Positions 62,384-64,000 of a stretch of 64,000 nt of DNA are shown here, piece after piece. The stretch lies in the IMG/VR virus record IMGVR_UViG_3300037258_001214, positions 30,376 to 94,375 of that record; one strand, written 5' to 3'. Below the pieces are notes generated by a model. It was not told the origin of the DNA and searched no databases. It was given only the letters and a program-made list of their open reading frames with translations. Numbering within the stretch: the stretch's first letter is position 1; the number at the start of each line of letters is the position of its first letter. Source of the stretch: a virus. Position numbers and translations under genes: made by a program.

Positions 62384-64000
62384 TTGGGATACGCCGAGAA
62401 ACGCGGCACAGGGGACCGCGCCTACTGGCGCGGCCGGTACAAGACCGACCCCGGAAAGTACGGCACCGTCTCTCACCCCGACGGGTCGGTCGTCAAGTTC
62501 CGCACCAGGAAAGAAGCCGAGCGCGCCGCCGGCGCAGAGGAGACCGCCCGCGGGCAGGCCGTACGCCAGGCCGCCGCCGAGGAGGAAGCGGGCCGGATGA
62601 CGTTCGCCGCCTGGGCCAGCACGTGGCACGCCGGCCTGCCCGACCTCGACCCCGACACCCTGGACGGCTACCGGTCCATCATCGAGTACCACCTCCTGGT
62701 GCCGTTCGGGGACAGGTGGCTGGACGAGATCAGCCGCGCGGACATCGACCGCTGGGAAGCCGCTGAGCGCGCCCGCGGGTACAAGCCGCAGGGCATCGCG
62801 AACCGCCGCAACCTGCTCTCCATGATCCTGGCCGACGCCGCCGGCGACCCCGCCGTCACCCTCGCCGCGAACCCCGCGGCCAGGAGAAGGAGACGGGGCA
62901 GGCGCGCCGGCCCGGAGCCCGGAGACGACGGAGACGATGACGACGAGGATGACGAGCAGCACGCGAAAGTGATCACCACCCCGCTCGGCGCCCTGCTGAT
63001 CGCCGAGCGGTGCGCCATCATGTCCGGCCGGGACGACGAGTGCGTCCTGGTGACCCTCGGCTACTACACGGGCCTGCGGTGGGGGGAGCTGGCCGGCCTG
63101 GAGGTGCCCTTCGTCCGGCCGGGGAAGATCCGGGTCCGGTGGCAGCTGCGCCGCGACCGGGTCCGCAAGCGGCCCAAGTTCGGGAAGGTCCGCGAGGCGG
63201 ACGTGCCCCCGTTTCTCGGCCGGCTCATCGCCGGGCACCTCGAGCGGACGAGACCGCAGCCCTGCTCCTGCCACGGCCGCGCGTACGTGTTCAGCGGCCT
63301 CGGCCGGGCCCGCGGCGCCCGCCAGGGCGTCACCGTCGCCGAAGTCGCCCGGCAGGCCGGGGTGGCGCAGGCCACGGTGTCCGCGGCACTGAACCGGCCC
63401 GCCACCGTGGCACCCGCCACCCGCGCGAGGATCGGGCAGGCCATCGAGGCCACCGGGTGGTCCCGGGACCAGGGGACCAGGCCCGCGCACCTGTACCGGT
63501 CAGGGTTCGGCCAGTGGGCGTGGGGACCCGCGGTGTCCGGCTGGTACCCGGAGCGGGCACCGATGCCGCGCCGGGTCGTGCCGGTCATGGCCGCGCCGTG
63601 GCCTGGCGTCCCGGCCCGCGGCCGGGGGAACACGGCCCGGGCCGACGCCTGCTGGACGCCGCTGGCCGAGGGGATGACCCCGCACGGCCTCCGGCACGCG
63701 CACAAGAGCCTGATGGCCGAGCTGCGGACCCCCGAGGTGCTCTCCCATGACCGGCTCGGCCACGAGATGCCGGGGATCGCGGGGATCTACTCCCACCCGA
63801 CCCCCCCGATGCGCGCAGAGCTGATGGCGGGGCTGACGGCGTGCTGGGAGAAGGCGCTGGACGAGCGGCTGGCCATGTGCCCGGACTCGCCGGTCCCGGT
63901 GCTCGCCGCGCTGCTGCGGGAGCGGGCGGCGGGTTTTTCTCCCAGGATTCTCCCCGATGATCTTGGAACCGGCTACCTGAGAGCGGTCCCAGACCTCTGA
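62384..64000 (+). CDS. int: Tyrosine integrase with an inserted LacI-type HTH
   Basis: TGLRWGE, PK, HGLRH, RLGH, IYSH catalytic motifs; N-terminal arm and SAM domains. Confidence 0.93.
   Translation: MGYAEKRGTGDRAYWRGRYKTDPGKYGTVSHPDGSVVKFRTRKEAERAAGAEETARGQAVRQAAAEEEAGRMTFAAWASTWHAGLPDLDPDTLDGYRSIIEYHLLVPFGDRWLDEISRADIDRWEAAERARGYKPQGIANRRNLLSMILADAAGDPAVTLAANPAARRRRRGRRAGPEPGDDGDDDDEDDEQHAKVITTPLGALLIAERCAIMSGRDDECVLVTLGYYTGLRWGELAGLEVPFVRPGKIRVRWQLRRDRVRKRPKFGKVREADVPPFLGRLIAGHLERTRPQPCSCHGRAYVFSGLGRARGARQGVTVAEVARQAGVAQATVSAALNRPATVAPATRARIGQAIEATGWSRDQGTRPAHLYRSGFGQWAWGPAVSGWYPERAPMPRRVVPVMAAPWPGVPARGRGNTARADACWTPLAEGMTPHGLRHAHKSLMAELRTPEVLSHDRLGHEMPGIAGIYSHPTPPMRAELMAGLTACWEKALDERLAMCPDSPVPVLAALLRERAAGFSPRILPDDLGTGYLRAVPDL
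63935..63955 (+). repeat. Tandem TTCTCCC, possible integrase arm-type sites near att
   Basis: TTTCTCCCAGGATTCTCCCC at the 3' end of int. Confidence 0.4.

Larger units (their letters stand above)
1..64000. mobile_element. Actinobacterial temperate siphovirus-like prophage (left end not in window)
   Basis: Terminase, portal, capsid, tail tube, tape measure, lysin/holin, xis and tyrosine integrase all present; high GC; WhiB and Methyltransf_19 genes point to an actinomycete host. Confidence 0.95.

Noticed and set aside
1-64000. Stop-codon reassignment or an attL/attR core repeat
   Set aside because: Core genes read intact in code 11 and the breaks are indels; no terminal direct repeat is visible inside the window

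Overview
The whole window is a high-GC actinobacterial temperate siphovirus-type prophage. The tyrosine integrase is at the right edge and the left end lies outside the window. Left to right it contains: (1) a leftward accessory operon with an XRE-TPR regulator and two Methyltransf_19 SAM methyltransferases; (2) an AICE/Streptomyces-plasmid-like transfer module with a divergent GntR/Kor regulator, WhiB, a TraB-like FtsK/SpoIIIE translocase, clt-like repeats and Spd/DUF2637-like membrane proteins; (3) a lysis cassette and terminases; (4) portal, many morons, scaffold, major capsid and head-neck genes; (5) tail tube, frameshifted tail chaperones, tape measure, Dit/baseplate and repeat-rich fibre/adhesin genes with two free-standing HNH genes; (6) a leftward operon of xis, an SNF2-helicase/DNA-methyltransferase fusion and an XF1762 (Mom-like) gene, followed by a secreted ricin-type protein. 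The most notable signals are about 10 copies of a strand-specific tandem double hairpin with G(C/T/G)AAC loops and covarying stems upstream of nearly every late transcription unit, and a mycelial conjugation module inside a complete virion gene set. Several morons are bracketed by 16-33 bp direct repeats, and a clean 8-nt insertion splits the portal. Several +1 frameshifts may be sequencing errors. No replication module, tRNA, rRNA or CRISPR array was recognised. All family assignments come from motif recognition by eye, not database searches.
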